From an uncultured delta proteobacterium (GTDB lineage Bacteria > Desulfobacterota > BSN033 > UBA1163), in assembly GCA_963827685.1 (NCBI GenBank), contig CAWHBU010000004.1:800001-864000 (forward strand): a DNA stretch of 64,000 bases. The letters are read 5' to 3'. Positions 26,609 through 37,371 of this stretch are shown piece by piece. Position numbers and translations under genes: made by a program. Position 1 is the stretch's first letter. Each line of letters opens with the position of its first letter. The notes below the pieces were generated by a model. That model did no database searches. It was not told the DNA's origin and saw only the letters and a program-made list of their open reading frames with translations.

Positions 26609-29104
26609 TTACACTTTCTTTATCCGGTCAATGGGCACCTTCACAGGGTACTCCTTCATTTTTTGCCACTGCAGTTGGCGATGCCGCGGCAAAACCATCA
26701 CCCCTGAAGCCATGTTCTCCGCTATGGACACATCAATTTCCAATGGTCCTCCATCAAGGGAGAGAACGACCCTGTCTCTGTCGTTGAGATTCAATCTCTT
26801 GGCATCCTTTGCATTCATAAAGAGACATGGAGATTTTTCAACCTGCTGGATGTATTTGGAGTAACCAGAAAGTTCTTCTGTACCAAAGGTCCAGTCCACG
26901 AGTAGGAGTTCCAGAGAATCGAGAGGAGAAGAGGACTTTTCCAATTTTCCCAGCGCATCCTGAGAAAAAGGGCTTCCACTCCTTTGAGCAGGGATGAGTC
27001 GGATATTCTCTCGCGGATCAGAAGGTTTCAGATTGGTAAAGATTGGATTTTCTTTAGCCAACCAGCCCCACAAGTCATTGAATGACATCGTGGGAACCAA
27101 AGACATGGCATGGGCGAGTTCTTCCAAAATCTGCCAGGCTGCTTTGGGTTCACTTCCTGGAATATCACTTCTGAAGGTTCTTGGTGGATGATCGGCAGCA
27201 CTTATCTGCTCAATCGGTATCCCCCCGGCATGAACTGGTTTTGAGAATTGGGCTCTCCCTTCCTGATTGATAAAGGCTGACTCCGTTTCAAAAAGAGGCA
27301 TTGTTGGTAACAAGATATGTGCAAGTTGTGCCGATCTCGAATTCAGATAGTCGAGCACCAATAAGAAATCGAGCTTATTGAAAGCCTGCTTCAGCCTCTG
27401 TCGGTCCGGGAAAGAGGAGAAGGGATCGCTCTCGACAAGAATGAGGGCCTTTACAGAACGATTTTCAATCGCCTCAATAATCTGCATCAAAGAATAATTC
27501 TCTGGAGAGAGAAGTGAGGCACCGAATGCATTCGCCCCTGGCATCAGATAAAAAAGCCCGGTTTTTCCCTTCGCTGCCTGGAGGAGCAGGGCGTTGTCAG
27601 CCGCCACTTCGGGCGTCGTCTTACGAACAATATCGGTACCGCACACGATTACGGGACGATGACTTTGCTGGAGTTTTGACGAAAGTCCGACGATATGATT
27701 GTTGATCGAAGGATCGAAAGGAGAATCTGTCGGGGCCGCATCATAGAAGCGGAGGGCATCAGGTCCGAAGACTTCTGCAACAGAGCGACTGACTGCTCTC
27801 TTCACGACCAGACTCATTAACAGATCCATATCCGAAGGAGATAATGGCAAATGGACAAATTCAAAAGGAAGAAAAATAGGCCTGGGATCGATCACCGCTG
27901 TGGTTGCTCCGTTACGATAGGCCTGTCTCATCGCCATAGTAAGCATAGGAGCTTCATTGACAGGATCCGCGCCCACTGTTAGGACGAAGTCGGCCTTCTC
28001 AATCTCGCGCATAGAAATGGCGAGTTGTTTATCCAACCTCGAAATGGCACTCTTCAACTTGCCAGCGATGATAGGATCATCAAAATAACCCGGTTCCTGC
28101 CATCCGTGTAGCTGGCAAGAACGCTTCAGCATCCCTTGATTCTCAAGGCTACTGCGACTGGAACTCATACAGGCGATCGAACGGGGTCCTCCGCTCTGCA
28201 TGATCTGTTTTAATCTTTCCCCAGCTGTTCGGATCGCTTTATCCCACAAAACCTCTTCCCCACCGATTCTTGCCCTCCGCGGCCTTTCGGGGAGGTTGGC
28301 ATAGTCAAAGCCATATCGTCCGCGGTCGCAAATAAAATATCCATTGACCGCTTCATCGAAATGCGCTTCGAGCCGAACGATCTCGCGATAACGGGCGCTC
28401 GTGATCGTATGGCATCCCAGGCAGCAATGGATACAAAGGGAGGAGCCTCGTTGATAGTCCCAGCGCCGGCCCTTGAAGCGAGATGGCTTGTCTGTATAAA
28501 CGCCCGTTGGACAGATATCGATGAGGTTTCCAGAGAAAGGGCTTTCCAGAGAGCCATCCTTGAACCGGCCGAAATAAGTATGATAAGCAATCTGCAAGGC
28601 TCCCAGGTCGCGATAACCGGTAAACTCCTGATAATAACGGAGGCATCGCCAGCAATGGATACAGCGATTCATCTCATGCTGGACAAAGACGCCCAGATAT
28701 TGGTCGCGATAAGTCCGCTTTTCACCAAGATAACGCCTGATGCCATGGCCGCCCGCAACGGTCATATCCTGGAGCAAACAGTGCCCGCCTTCATCACAGA
28801 CCGGGCAATCATGGGGATGGTTCATCATCAGCCACTCAATGACATGTTTGCGAAAATCAACTGCCTCTTCATTGGTCGTTGAAACCACCATTCCGTCTTG
28901 GGCGTCGGTCATACAACTCATCTGCACCCCCTTGACCGGACCTTCCAAAAATTTGACCGCACACATACGGCAGGCGCCTACCGATCCAAGAGCTACATGA
29001 TAGCAAAAACGCGGGATGATGATTCCCAGGCGCTCAGCGGCCTCAATGACTTTCATCCCTTTTGGAACTTCGATTTCTATACCGTCAATCCTTAACTTGG
29101 GCAT
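26609..29104 (-). CDS. nuoG: NADH-quinone oxidoreductase subunit G
   Basis: IPRFCYH...GACRMC, HPHDCPVCDEGG.C.LQD, RCIHCWRC, CIHCCLGC. Confidence 0.95.
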   Translation of the reverse strand: MPKLRIDGIEIEVPKGMKVIEAAERLGIIIPRFCYHVALGSVGACRMCAVKFLEGPVKGVQMSCMTDAQDGMVVSTTNEEAVDFRKHVIEWLMMNHPHDCPVCDEGGHCLLQDMTVAGGHGIRRYLGEKRTYRDQYLGVFVQHEMNRCIHCWRCLRYYQEFTGYRDLGALQIAYHTYFGRFKDGSLESPFSGNLIDICPTGVYTDKPSRFKGRRWDYQRGSSLCIHCCLGCHTITSARYREIVRLEAHFDEAVNGYFICDRGRYGFDYANLPERPRRARIGGEEVLWDKAIRTAGERLKQIMQSGGPRSIACMSSSRSSLENQGMLKRSCQLHGWQEPGYFDDPIIAGKLKSAISRLDKQLAISMREIEKADFVLTVGADPVNEAPMLTMAMRQAYRNGATTAVIDPRPIFLPFEFVHLPLSPSDMDLLMSLVVKRAVSRSVAEVFGPDALRFYDAAPTDSPFDPSINNHIVGLSSKLQQSHRPVIVCGTDIVRKTTPEVAADNALLLQAAKGKTGLFYLMPGANAFGASLLSPENYSLMQIIEAIENRSVKALILVESDPFSSFPDRQRLKQAFNKLDFLLVLDYLNSRSAQLAHILLPTMPLFETESAFINQEGRAQFSKPVHAGGIPIEQISAADHPPRTFRSDIPGSEPKAAWQILEELAHAMSLVPTMSFNDLWGWLAKENPIFTNLKPSDPRENIRLIPAQRSGSPFSQDALGKLEKSSSPLDSLELLLVDWTFGTEELSGYSKYIQQVEKSPCLFMNAKDAKRLNLNDRDRVVLSLDGGPLEIDVSIAENMASGVMVLPRHRQLQWQKMKEYPVKVPIDRIKKV

Positions 29105-29106
29105 CT

Positions 29107-29226
29107 GTTTGGTTTTTCTGGTTTCTTAAGTTTCTTTCGTTTATTAGGTTTATCTCCCTACGTCGTTTGGGTAAAAGCTGGTTCTTTTTTTCCTACTGCT
29201 TACTGCCTACTGCGTTCTGCTTACTA
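29107..29226. repeat. One-armed 9-mer and 7-mer tandem arrays between nuoF and nuoG
   Basis: gtttggttt ttctggttt cttaagttt ctttcgttt attaggttt; cctactg cttactg cctactg cgttctg cttacta. Confidence 0.65.
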
Positions 29227-30492
29227 TTTCTTATATGGACATTTCTTCTGGCTGATGTGCTCCTGGACCTCATCCGGAAAATGATCGAGCAAGCTCGTTA
29301 CAGGCATAGTGGCTCCAGGAGCAAAAGCACAATAGGATTTCCATGTGTGTTGACTCATGCGCCGGAGCATAGGAATAAACTCTTCCCTCCCCTCTCCAGC
29401 CTCGATGCGCCAGAGCAAATCCCTGATGAAGGGCAGTGCCTCTCGACAAGGGGTGCACCAGCCGCAAGATTCCCGGACGAAAAATTCGATCAAATTCAAA
29501 GTCGCTCCAACCAGACAGGTTTTCTGATCGAAGACAATGACGGCACCGGTCCCCAGCCTGTTCCGGCACTTCTTTAGGCCCTCGAAATCCATCTCGACAT
29601 CATAATCCTCTTTCCCGAGAAAACAGGTGGAAGCTCCCCCCGGCAGACACGTCTTGAATTCGGACCCCGGAAGCAACCCGCCCGCATGTTCTTCAACGAT
29701 TTCACTTAGGCGTGTTCCCATGGGAAGTTCAAAACAACCCGGACGATTCACCTTTCCACTGACACAATAGAGCTTCGTTCCGGCACTGGTTTTGGTCTTG
29801 GCTAAGGCTTTGAACCATTCGGGCCCATTTCTGATGATATGGGGTACGTTGACAAGGGTTTCCATGTTATTCAGAACTGTGGGCTGATCCCAGAGTCCCT
29901 TCTCCGTCGAGCGAGGGGGGGATTGTTTAGGATGAGCTCTCATCCCCATGATGGCATTGATTTGTGCTGTTCCCTCGCCGCAAATATACCGGCCCCCACT
30001 TCGGTGGACGACGAGATCGAAGGAGAAGTCACTTCCCATGATATTCTTGCCAAGGTAGCCAGCCTCTTTAGCGATCCTTATCTCTCTTTCAAGAATGAAA
30101 GCACTGCTTTCGTAAGAAGGCCGGACAAAGACAATTCCCTTTTGTGCTGAGACAGAATATCCAGCGATTATTGTTCCTTCGATGATCATGTGGGGGTCGG
30201 CATGGGTCATGATGCGATCCTTAAAGGTGCCGGGTTCCATTTCATCAACATTGGTGATCAGGTATCTCGGGAAAGGAGCATCGTCAGCAACCGATTTCCA
30301 TTTAAGCCCTGCAGGAAATCCAGCCCCTCCACGCCCCTGAAGTCCTGAATCGATAACGATCTGTTGGACTTCCTTGGGAGAGTATCTCTGAAGGGCCGTG
30401 GCTAATGCCTGGTAGCCGCCACTTTGGCGATACTCGTCTATCGTGGCGATTCGGTTTGGTTTGCGATTCTGGAAGATCACTTGCGGGTACAT
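29224..30492 (-). CDS. nuoF: NADH-quinone oxidoreductase subunit F
   Basis: GRGGAGFPAGLKW, DEMEPGTFKDR, ESCGWCTPCRE. Confidence 0.95.
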   Translation of the reverse strand: MYPQVIFQNRKPNRIATIDEYRQSGGYQALATALQRYSPKEVQQIVIDSGLQGRGGAGFPAGLKWKSVADDAPFPRYLITNVDEMEPGTFKDRIMTHADPHMIIEGTIIAGYSVSAQKGIVFVRPSYESSAFILEREIRIAKEAGYLGKNIMGSDFSFDLVVHRSGGRYICGEGTAQINAIMGMRAHPKQSPPRSTEKGLWDQPTVLNNMETLVNVPHIIRNGPEWFKALAKTKTSAGTKLYCVSGKVNRPGCFELPMGTRLSEIVEEHAGGLLPGSEFKTCLPGGASTCFLGKEDYDVEMDFEGLKKCRNRLGTGAVIVFDQKTCLVGATLNLIEFFVRESCGWCTPCREALPFIRDLLWRIEAGEGREEFIPMLRRMSQHTWKSYCAFAPGATMPVTSLLDHFPDEVQEHISQKKCPYKK

Positions 30493-30497
30493 TCAGC

Positions 30498-30992
30498 TTA
30501 CCTTGCCATCCTCGGTTGAGGTATTTCAGACCTCAACCGGTTGAGAATGTCGTCAATTTTTTCAGGAGTCAAGGGACCATAAGCCCTCCCGTTGATCAAC
30601 ATGGCGGGGGAGAGATCACAATAGCCGATGCAGGCGGTGGGAAGTATGGTAAACAATCCATCCTCTGTCGTTTCTCCAGGTCTGATCCCGAGTTTTTTAG
30701 AGAGATAATCCAGCACCGAATTATACCCGTTCATCCAGCAGACGACGCCATCGCAGACGTGGATAACGAATTTCCCTACTGGCTCGCGATAAATAAAATC
30801 GTAAAAGGTGGCGATTTCCTCCAATTCCAGGGGGGTCATACCAAGAAGATGGGCGCCTTCTTCGAGCGCCTCATCGCTCAGATAACCAAAGTGATTCTGC
30901 AAGGCGAACATAATATCCACGGCCAATTCCCGGGGATGATCCACCTTGGCAATCTGTGTTTGTAATGTTTCGAGTAGTTCTATAGGCAACAT
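30498..30992 (-). CDS. nuoE: NADH-quinone oxidoreductase subunit E
   Basis: ATFY, VCDGVVC, CIGYCD 2Fe-2S motifs. Confidence 0.95.
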   Translation of the reverse strand: MLPIELLETLQTQIAKVDHPRELAVDIMFALQNHFGYLSDEALEEGAHLLGMTPLELEEIATFYDFIYREPVGKFVIHVCDGVVCWMNGYNSVLDYLSKKLGIRPGETTEDGLFTILPTACIGYCDLSPAMLINGRAYGPLTPEKIDDILNRLRSEIPQPRMAR

Positions 30993-31003
30993 AAACCTAA
31001 CCT

Positions 31004-31146
31004 AATTGAGGAATTGCGAATTTAGGAATTCATAAGGCTTATTGGGTCAATTGAGCTTATTGGGTTATTGAGTTAACGCAAAGAACTCAAGTAACCCAAG
31101 CAACTCAAATAACCTTGTAATTCCCCAATTCCTAAATTCCTCAATT
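31004..31146. repeat. Nested inverted arrays: outer 8-mer (AATTGAGG/CCTCAATT) enclosing the 9-mer family also found in the prophage
   Basis: Outer arms 31004-31030 and 31119-31146; inner 31033-31116 centred on GTTAAC 31072-31077. Confidence 0.8.
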
Positions 31147-33611
31147 CACCGATCAATATCCGGTAAGATGTAATCGATTGACCCAACAATGGCCAGCAGG
31201 TCCGAAACCAGCCTTCCCTTCGCCATCAACGGCATCACCTGAACATTGGCGAAGCCAGGAGTTCGTATGCGCATCCGGTATGCCATATGGAGTCCATCGC
31301 TGACGACATAGTAGCCTTGCTCGCCTCTTGCAATCTCAGTGGCTGTGTAAGCCTCTCCTCTGGGAATCTTTGGTCCTCGTGTCACATTAATAAAATGATG
31401 AATAAGGCTCTCGATATCTTTTAGAGTGTCTGATTTATCCGGAACCGCATAACGATAGTCATCGCAGACATACCTTCCGCCGGGCATCTTGGCTGCAGCC
31501 TGTTCGATGATCCTTAAACTCTGTCGCATCTCCTCCACCCGAACCAGATATCGTGCATAGCAGTCCCCATTTTCAGCCGTTGGAATGTCGAATTGAAAAT
31601 TCTCGTAGCCAGAGTAAGGAAATTTTTTTCGCAGATCCCATTCCAGGCCGCAAGCACGTAAGTTGGGCCCAGTAACTCCCCATTCCATGGCATCCTTCAG
31701 AGAGAGCTGTCCTACACCGCGAGTCCTGGCTTCAAAAATGGGATTTTTTGTGATCAGTGATTCGTATTCTTTGAGGCGGGCCGGAAAGATTTTAATAAAG
31801 TCATCGACCGCCTCTTTCCATCCCTCCGGTAAATCGGCCGCTACCCCCCCGATTCGAAACCAGCTTGGGTGAAGACGGCCGCCCGTGATCAGTTCAACGA
31901 TATCCATGAGCTTTTCCCTTTCACGGAAGGTATAGAAAGTCGGGGTGATCGCTCCCACATCGTGGCAATAGGTACCAAACCAGACGAGATGATTGTTAAT
32001 ACGAAAAAATTCACTGAGCATCACCCTAATATACTGAGCCCTTTCAGGAACCTGAATACCTGTTAGGGTCTCTACGGAGTGAAGATAAGAGAGGTTATTT
32101 GCCGCGCCACCGAAATAGTCCACCCGATCTGTATACGGAATGAATTGGTGCCATGACTGGCGTTCACCGATCTTCTCAACACCTCTGTGGTGATAACCGA
32201 CATCCATATCGATATCGACGATGTTCTCGCCATCCAGGGAGACGACAAACCGCATCAGACCATGGGTACCCACATGCTGAGGTCCCATATTCAAAACGAG
32301 GAGTTCTTGATCCCCCTCGCGCCTGACAAACATTCCTGCATCCAAAGGTTGATGCATCCTCGTCGACTCCTGAGTATAGGGCTCCATCTCCGTTGCGCGG
32401 CCAGGGTAGCTTTTCCTGAGGGGGTGTCCTTCCCAATCGTGAGGGTTCAGAATCCGGCGCAAATCAGGATGGCCTCCGAACCGAATCCCGAACATATCGT
32501 AAACTTCCCGTTCATACCAGTTGGCAGAGGGCCAGAGATCGGTAATTGTCTTGGTCATAGGATCTTTGGTCTTTAATCCCACCTTTAAGCGTAAACGAGT
32601 AGGAGGGTCAAAGGAAAGGAGATGATAGACGAGGGTATAATCGGGATAGGTCTCGCGGACAGGGCGTTCTGATTCACCACCTGAAATCTCATGAGCAACC
32701 GTTCCAGCGTATGCCACATAAGGTTCCAGACCACGTCGTGCAGATTCATCGATAGCGGTTAAGTCATCGAGTCGAAGATACCGGGGTGTCGCTTCAGTCT
32801 TTAGAAACTTTAGGACCTCCTTCAGACGGTTTTCCGCCACATGGAAAGTTGGCATATCCGATGTTTGTAATGTCCGCTGAACTGAATCTCCGAACCTTTC
32901 CTTGAGGATTTGAGCGAGAGATGTATCCTGCTCAGTTATCTCAATCCGGTGCGGAGGCGGCGTCCACATGAGATCAGAGCGGGTATCCCAAAATTTCGGC
33001 GGTGTGACAGAGATTCCCCTGATCGGAAGGCCTTCATAACCCGGACCCCGTGTATCTCTCGACTTGGTTTGACCGTCCACAAGGATCGGCTTTTGGCTCC
33101 CCTGGGTTCCTCCTGCAAGATGCAAAACAGAACGGGCTGGACTTTCGGTGGCGATCTTTCGCTGCAATAAAAGTAGTCCGTATTCGAGGGCCTCGGGACG
33201 GGGAGGGCAACCTGTAACATAGACGTCTACAGGAATGATCTGATCCACACCCTGTACCACGCTATAGACATCATACATCCCTCCACAATTGGAACAGGAG
33301 CCCATCGATATCACCCACTTGGGTTCTGCCATCTGCTCGTAAAGTCTTAAGACAATTGGCGCAATTTTCTTAAAAACTGTTCCGGCGACAATTAGGAGAT
33401 CCGCTTGTCGGGGAGACCCTCGCAGCACCTCGGTTCCAAAACGGGCCAGATCGAAGCGGGGTGTGAACACGGCCGCCATCTCAATAAAACAGCATGATGT
33501 TCCGAAGAACAAGGGCCAGAGGCTATATTGGCGGGCCCAATTGATCAGTGTATCAAACTGGGTCAGGATGATGTTTTCCGGACATCCCGGTCTTTCGGAG
33601 TTGGTCCCCAC
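31146..33611 (-). CDS. nuoBCD: Fused NADH-quinone oxidoreductase subunit B/C/D
   Basis: GTSCCFIEM and GCPPRPE (B); ANWYERE..DMFGI.F.GHP (C); MGPQH.GTHG and DRVDY (D). Likely GTG start 33611. Confidence 0.93.
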   Translation of the reverse strand: MGTNSERPGCPENIILTQFDTLINWARQYSLWPLFFGTSCCFIEMAAVFTPRFDLARFGTEVLRGSPRQADLLIVAGTVFKKIAPIVLRLYEQMAEPKWVISMGSCSNCGGMYDVYSVVQGVDQIIPVDVYVTGCPPRPEALEYGLLLLQRKIATESPARSVLHLAGGTQGSQKPILVDGQTKSRDTRGPGYEGLPIRGISVTPPKFWDTRSDLMWTPPPHRIEITEQDTSLAQILKERFGDSVQRTLQTSDMPTFHVAENRLKEVLKFLKTEATPRYLRLDDLTAIDESARRGLEPYVAYAGTVAHEISGGESERPVRETYPDYTLVYHLLSFDPPTRLRLKVGLKTKDPMTKTITDLWPSANWYEREVYDMFGIRFGGHPDLRRILNPHDWEGHPLRKSYPGRATEMEPYTQESTRMHQPLDAGMFVRREGDQELLVLNMGPQHVGTHGLMRFVVSLDGENIVDIDMDVGYHHRGVEKIGERQSWHQFIPYTDRVDYFGGAANNLSYLHSVETLTGIQVPERAQYIRVMLSEFFRINNHLVWFGTYCHDVGAITPTFYTFREREKLMDIVELITGGRLHPSWFRIGGVAADLPEGWKEAVDDFIKIFPARLKEYESLITKNPIFEARTRGVGQLSLKDAMEWGVTGPNLRACGLEWDLRKKFPYSGYENFQFDIPTAENGDCYARYLVRVEEMRQSLRIIEQAAAKMPGGRYVCDDYRYAVPDKSDTLKDIESLIHHFINVTRGPKIPRGEAYTATEIARGEQGYYVVSDGLHMAYRMRIRTPGFANVQVMPLMAKGRLVSDLLAIVGSIDYILPDIDR

Positions 33612-33994
33612 TCCAGGCCCCCTTTTTTCCAGAGATAGAAGAGACTGATCAGAAGAATGGTGATGAAGAAAGATATCTGCCACCAACCTGCCCAGCCAAG
33701 GCGATCAAAGGCAATAGCCCATGAAAAGATATAAGCCGCTTCCACATCGAAGATGAGAAAAAAGGCGGCAATGAGATAGAAAGCGACGGGGTAGCGAAAT
33801 CGGGCCGTGCCGGTTGGGATGATGCCGCATTCATAAGGTCTTAACTTTTCCGGGTTGGGCTTCTTCTCCCCGAGCCAGCTGGAAAGAAAAAGCAGAGCGG
33901 CTATCAGGATGAGTACCAGAAGACCGTAGATCGCTAAAGAGAGTATGCCCGGTTCCCAGGGCGATAGAGTTCCCATTCCCGGAATAAATTCCAT
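33563..33994 (-). CDS. nuoA: NADH-quinone oxidoreductase subunit A
   Basis: PYECG, FLIFDVE, KKGGLEW; ATG 33994 after AAGGA. Confidence 0.93.
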   Translation of the reverse strand: MEFIPGMGTLSPWEPGILSLAIYGLLVLILIAALLFLSSWLGEKKPNPEKLRPYECGIIPTGTARFRYPVAFYLIAAFFLIFDVEAAYIFSWAIAFDRLGWAGWWQISFFITILLISLFYLWKKGGLEWGPTPKDRDVRKTSS

Positions 33995-34405
33995 TTCCTT
34001 TCTCTCAATGATCCATACTTCTACCAAAAATATCTTTATCGTGTCAATGTTCCATGCTTTTTTTTCATCTAAATTACAATTAAAGAAACTGATAGTAAAT
34101 GGGCTAAACTCAGTATTTCTGAAGCAGAAATAATGTATTTTGGCTTTTCCAGTCACTCTTTTAAATAACAATTCTCTAAATTGGGATTTGGGGTTAATAG
34201 AATTCTGGATCGTGGAAGAAATATTATGATATGATGACATATTGCTATCATCTGACTTTCAATACCTACGAAGAGGGCAACTTGAGTTTGGACGGATATC
34301 TGAATCGGGTGGTTTTCTACCAGAACCGGCCTCTCTCCAGAGAGGAATTGAAGGCATTGATGTTTACCCAACCTCTGCTCTATCCTCTGCCTAAGGAAGA
34401 GTGAT

Positions 34406-35770
34406 ATGACACATGCCGAGCAACTCGCTGTATTCGTAGTACGGGCTTCCTATGACGACCTATCAGAGGCCGCTCGTCATCAGCTCAAAATCCGGATATT
34501 AGACGGCCTGGGGTGTGCGATCGGCGCTCTCAACGGAGAACCCATTCGTTTGCTCAAGGCACAGATTGAAGAGTTTGATGGCGCTGAGCATTGTACTCTG
34601 ATCGGAGGCGGAAAGACGGCACCCGACCGTGCAGCACTTTATAATAGTGCCTTGGTGCGCTACCTGGACTTTAATGACAGCTACTTGGCCAAAGGTGAAA
34701 CCTGCCACCCGAGCGATAACCTCGGGGCAGTGTTGGCCGCTTCTGAGTATGTGAAGCAAAGCGGTCGGGAACTCCTGACCGCTTTGGCTGTGGCCTACCA
34801 GGTGCAGTGCCGTCTGAGCGACGTGGCCCCTGTCCGGGCCAAAGGTTTTGACCATGCCACACAGGGTTCCTATGCCGTCGCCGCGGGCGTATCTAAGGCG
34901 CTGGATTTAGACGAGATCCGAACTGCTCATGCGATTGCCATCTGCGGGACAGCCTTCAATGCCTTGCGGGTTTCCAGAACCGGAGCTTTGTCTCATTGGA
35001 AAGGTCTCGCCTATCCCAATACTGCTTTTAGCTGCACCCATGCCACTTTCCTGGCCATGCGGGGCATCACCGGTCCCCTGGAGGTATTCGAGGGGAACAA
35101 GGGTTTTATGGATGCCATCGCCGGCAAGTTCAAGATCAACTGGTCTGAAGAAGGCCTCGAACGAGTGACACAGACGATCCTTAAGAAATACAATGCTGAG
35201 ATTCACTCTCAGTCTGCCCTGGAAGGTATTCTGGAACTTAAGAAGGAATGCGCGTTGAGCGGGGAAGAAGTAGGGCGGGTCGAGATTGAGATTTTCGATG
35301 TAGCCTACAACATCATCGGCGGTGGTGAAGAAGGAGACAAAACCATCGTCCGGACAAAGGAAGAGGCTGATCACAGTCTGCCTTACCTGGTAGCGGTTGC
35401 CATCCTGGATGGTCAGGTGATGCCTGAGCAGTACCGACCAGACCGCATCCGAGGTCAAGATGTTCAAACACTTCTTAGAAAAATTACCATCAAGCCGTCC
35501 GCCGACTACAGTCGGAGATTTCCAGATGAGATGCCATGCCGCATCACTCTTACTCTTGGTGACGGACGAAGGGTGGTGAAAGACAAACCCGATTACGAGG
35601 GTTTTCGTAGCCGCCCCATGTCTTGGGAAACGGCGGTACAGAAGTTTGAGAAACTGGCAGCACCCTGTACGGAACGGTCGCTGTGTCAGGAGATTATCAG
35701 TGCGGTCTCCCATATAGAAGCGATTCAAGTCTCTGATTTAGCGAAATTGTTGGCCAATGTGAGGGGTTGA
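34406..35770 (+). CDS. MmgE/PrpD family protein (2-methylcitrate dehydratase-like)
   Basis: RYLDFNDSY, HPSDN, WKG, EG.KG, ADHSLPY. Confidence 0.9.
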   Translation: MTHAEQLAVFVVRASYDDLSEAARHQLKIRILDGLGCAIGALNGEPIRLLKAQIEEFDGAEHCTLIGGGKTAPDRAALYNSALVRYLDFNDSYLAKGETCHPSDNLGAVLAASEYVKQSGRELLTALAVAYQVQCRLSDVAPVRAKGFDHATQGSYAVAAGVSKALDLDEIRTAHAIAICGTAFNALRVSRTGALSHWKGLAYPNTAFSCTHATFLAMRGITGPLEVFEGNKGFMDAIAGKFKINWSEEGLERVTQTILKKYNAEIHSQSALEGILELKKECALSGEEVGRVEIEIFDVAYNIIGGGEEGDKTIVRTKEEADHSLPYLVAVAILDGQVMPEQYRPDRIRGQDVQTLLRKITIKPSADYSRRFPDEMPCRITLTLGDGRRVVKDKPDYEGFRSRPMSWETAVQKFEKLAAPCTERSLCQEIISAVSHIEAIQVSDLAKLLANVRG

Positions 35771-35800
35771 GAAGAGTCTCTTAGAGAGGAGGATCTAAAA

Positions 35801-36643
35801 ATGGAAAAACCTAAAACTCAATCGAAAGATAGGGCTTTCGCTTTCCTAAAAGTGAACGACCGTCCGGCAAAACCGCGTTCGTCTGGGGTGACTGAGATCC
35901 GCGGCCCTTACTACACGCCAATGGGTAAGCGGTATTTGCAAGACATCCTGGAAACGATGGGAGCCTATGTGGACATCCTTAAGTTTGCAGGAGGCTCCTT
36001 CAGTTTGATGCCGCGAGAGGCTGTCAAGGAACTGATCGACCTCTGTCACGAATACAACGTCTTGGTGGATACCGGCGGCTTCATGGAACACGTGTTGACA
36101 CAAGGTCCAGAGATGGTGGATCGCTATATCCAAGAATGCAAGGAGCTTGGGTTTGATATCATCGAGATCTCTTGCGGCTTTATTACGATTCCGACCGACG
36201 ATTGGGTAAGGTTGGTTGAAAAAGTGCAGAAGGCCAAGCTGAAGCCTAAACCGGAAGTCGGGATCCAGTTCGGGGCGGGTGGCGCCAGTGCGGTCGAAGA
36301 ATTGGAGGCCGAAGGAACACGCGACCCCGAATGGACCATTTTACAAGCAAAGCGTTTTCTTGAGGCAGGGGCCTACATGATTATGATCGAGTCAGAGGGG
36401 ATCACCGAAAATGTGAAGGTCTGGCGTACGGATGTACCCGCTAAGATCGTCGACGCGCTGGGTCTTGACAAGGTGATGTTCGAAGCGGCCGATTCCGAGG
36501 TCTTTGCATGGTACATCAAGAACTATGGCCCGGAAGTAAACCTTTTTGTCGATCACAGCCAAATTGTTCAGATCGAGTGTTTGCGCTCGGGCATCTGGGG
36601 GACGAAGAGCCTCTGGGGCCGGGTGCTAACGTATAAGGGTTGA
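35801..36643 (+). CDS. comA: Phosphosulfolactate synthase (ComA)-family protein
   Basis: KPR..G.TEIRGPYY, D.LKFAGGS, TGG..E, MIESEG, FEA, NLFVDHSQ...ECLRSG. Confidence 0.85.
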   Translation: MEKPKTQSKDRAFAFLKVNDRPAKPRSSGVTEIRGPYYTPMGKRYLQDILETMGAYVDILKFAGGSFSLMPREAVKELIDLCHEYNVLVDTGGFMEHVLTQGPEMVDRYIQECKELGFDIIEISCGFITIPTDDWVRLVEKVQKAKLKPKPEVGIQFGAGGASAVEELEAEGTRDPEWTILQAKRFLEAGAYMIMIESEGITENVKVWRTDVPAKIVDALGLDKVMFEAADSEVFAWYIKNYGPEVNLFVDHSQIVQIECLRSGIWGTKSLWGRVLTYKG

Positions 36644-36688
36644 AATATCGGTTTGCGTTTTCAAGGAACTTTACGCCCTTAAACTACT

Positions 36689-36775
36689 TCCCCCCTTTAC
36701 TAAAGGGGGGAAGGGGGGATTTAAAGTGGTAACCCTGGGCAAATCCCCCTAAATCCCCCTTTTCCAAAGGGGGAC
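36689..36775. repeat. REP-like doublet (CCCCCTTT..AAAGGGGG family)
   Basis: ccccctttactaaagggggg aaggggggattt ... aaatccccctaaatccccctttt ccaaaggggg. Confidence 0.75.
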
Positions 36776-36963
36776 ACTACAAGCAATTATTATTTATGGA
36801 TAGGGTCTATGTCATTCAAAATTAATCTCTCAACCCGCTGAGGGTATCCTGACTTTTTCGCCTCATCAAGGTCTGGTATCAGATCCATCCATACGAGAGC
36901 ACTGCATGAAAAGGCTTGCCAAATGAGTCTCATGATGTTAAATACTTATTCAGGTGAGGAGAG

Positions 36964-37368
36964 ATGATTGCCTTCGACCTTTTCTGTTCAAACGGTCATA
37001 AATTTGAGTGCTGGTTTAGGGACAGCTCTTCCTTCGAAGAACAGAAATCTACTGGCATGATCACCTGTCCTATTTGTGACGATCATCAAATAGAAAAAGC
37101 CTTCTCTCCTTTTGCAATCAGAAGGGGCGGAGAAAGCGTGAAGGAGGAGATGGATCCTCACCGAGCCCTTCAGTTAGTCCATGAGTATTTGGATAAGCAT
37201 TTTGAGGATGTGGGGGCTGAATTTTACAAAGAAGCTCTCAAGATTCATTACGGAGAGACAGAGAAGAGGAATATTAAAGGGACGGCCACAACAGAAGAGG
37301 AGGTTATCCTCAAAGAGGAAGGCGTCCAATTCTTCAAAATCCCCATTATCAAACGTCTGCTAAATTGA
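36964..37368 (+). CDS. DUF1178 family protein
   Basis: MI.FDL.C.NGH.FE.WF, CP.C, FEDVG..F..EA.KIHYGE. Confidence 0.88.
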   Translation: MIAFDLFCSNGHKFECWFRDSSSFEEQKSTGMITCPICDDHQIEKAFSPFAIRRGGESVKEEMDPHRALQLVHEYLDKHFEDVGAEFYKEALKIHYGETEKRNIKGTATTEEEVILKEEGVQFFKIPIIKRLLN

Positions 37369-37371
37369 CAG

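Noticed and set aside
34907-35728. 273-aa minus-strand ORF and other long antisense ORFs (e.g. 4692-5339, 28361-28882, 30405-30965)
   Set aside because: Shadow frames of well-supported genes with no recognisable motifs.
35801-36643. Evidence for coenzyme M biosynthesis or methanogen origin
   Set aside because: No comB/C/D/E nearby and all surrounding genes are bacterial.
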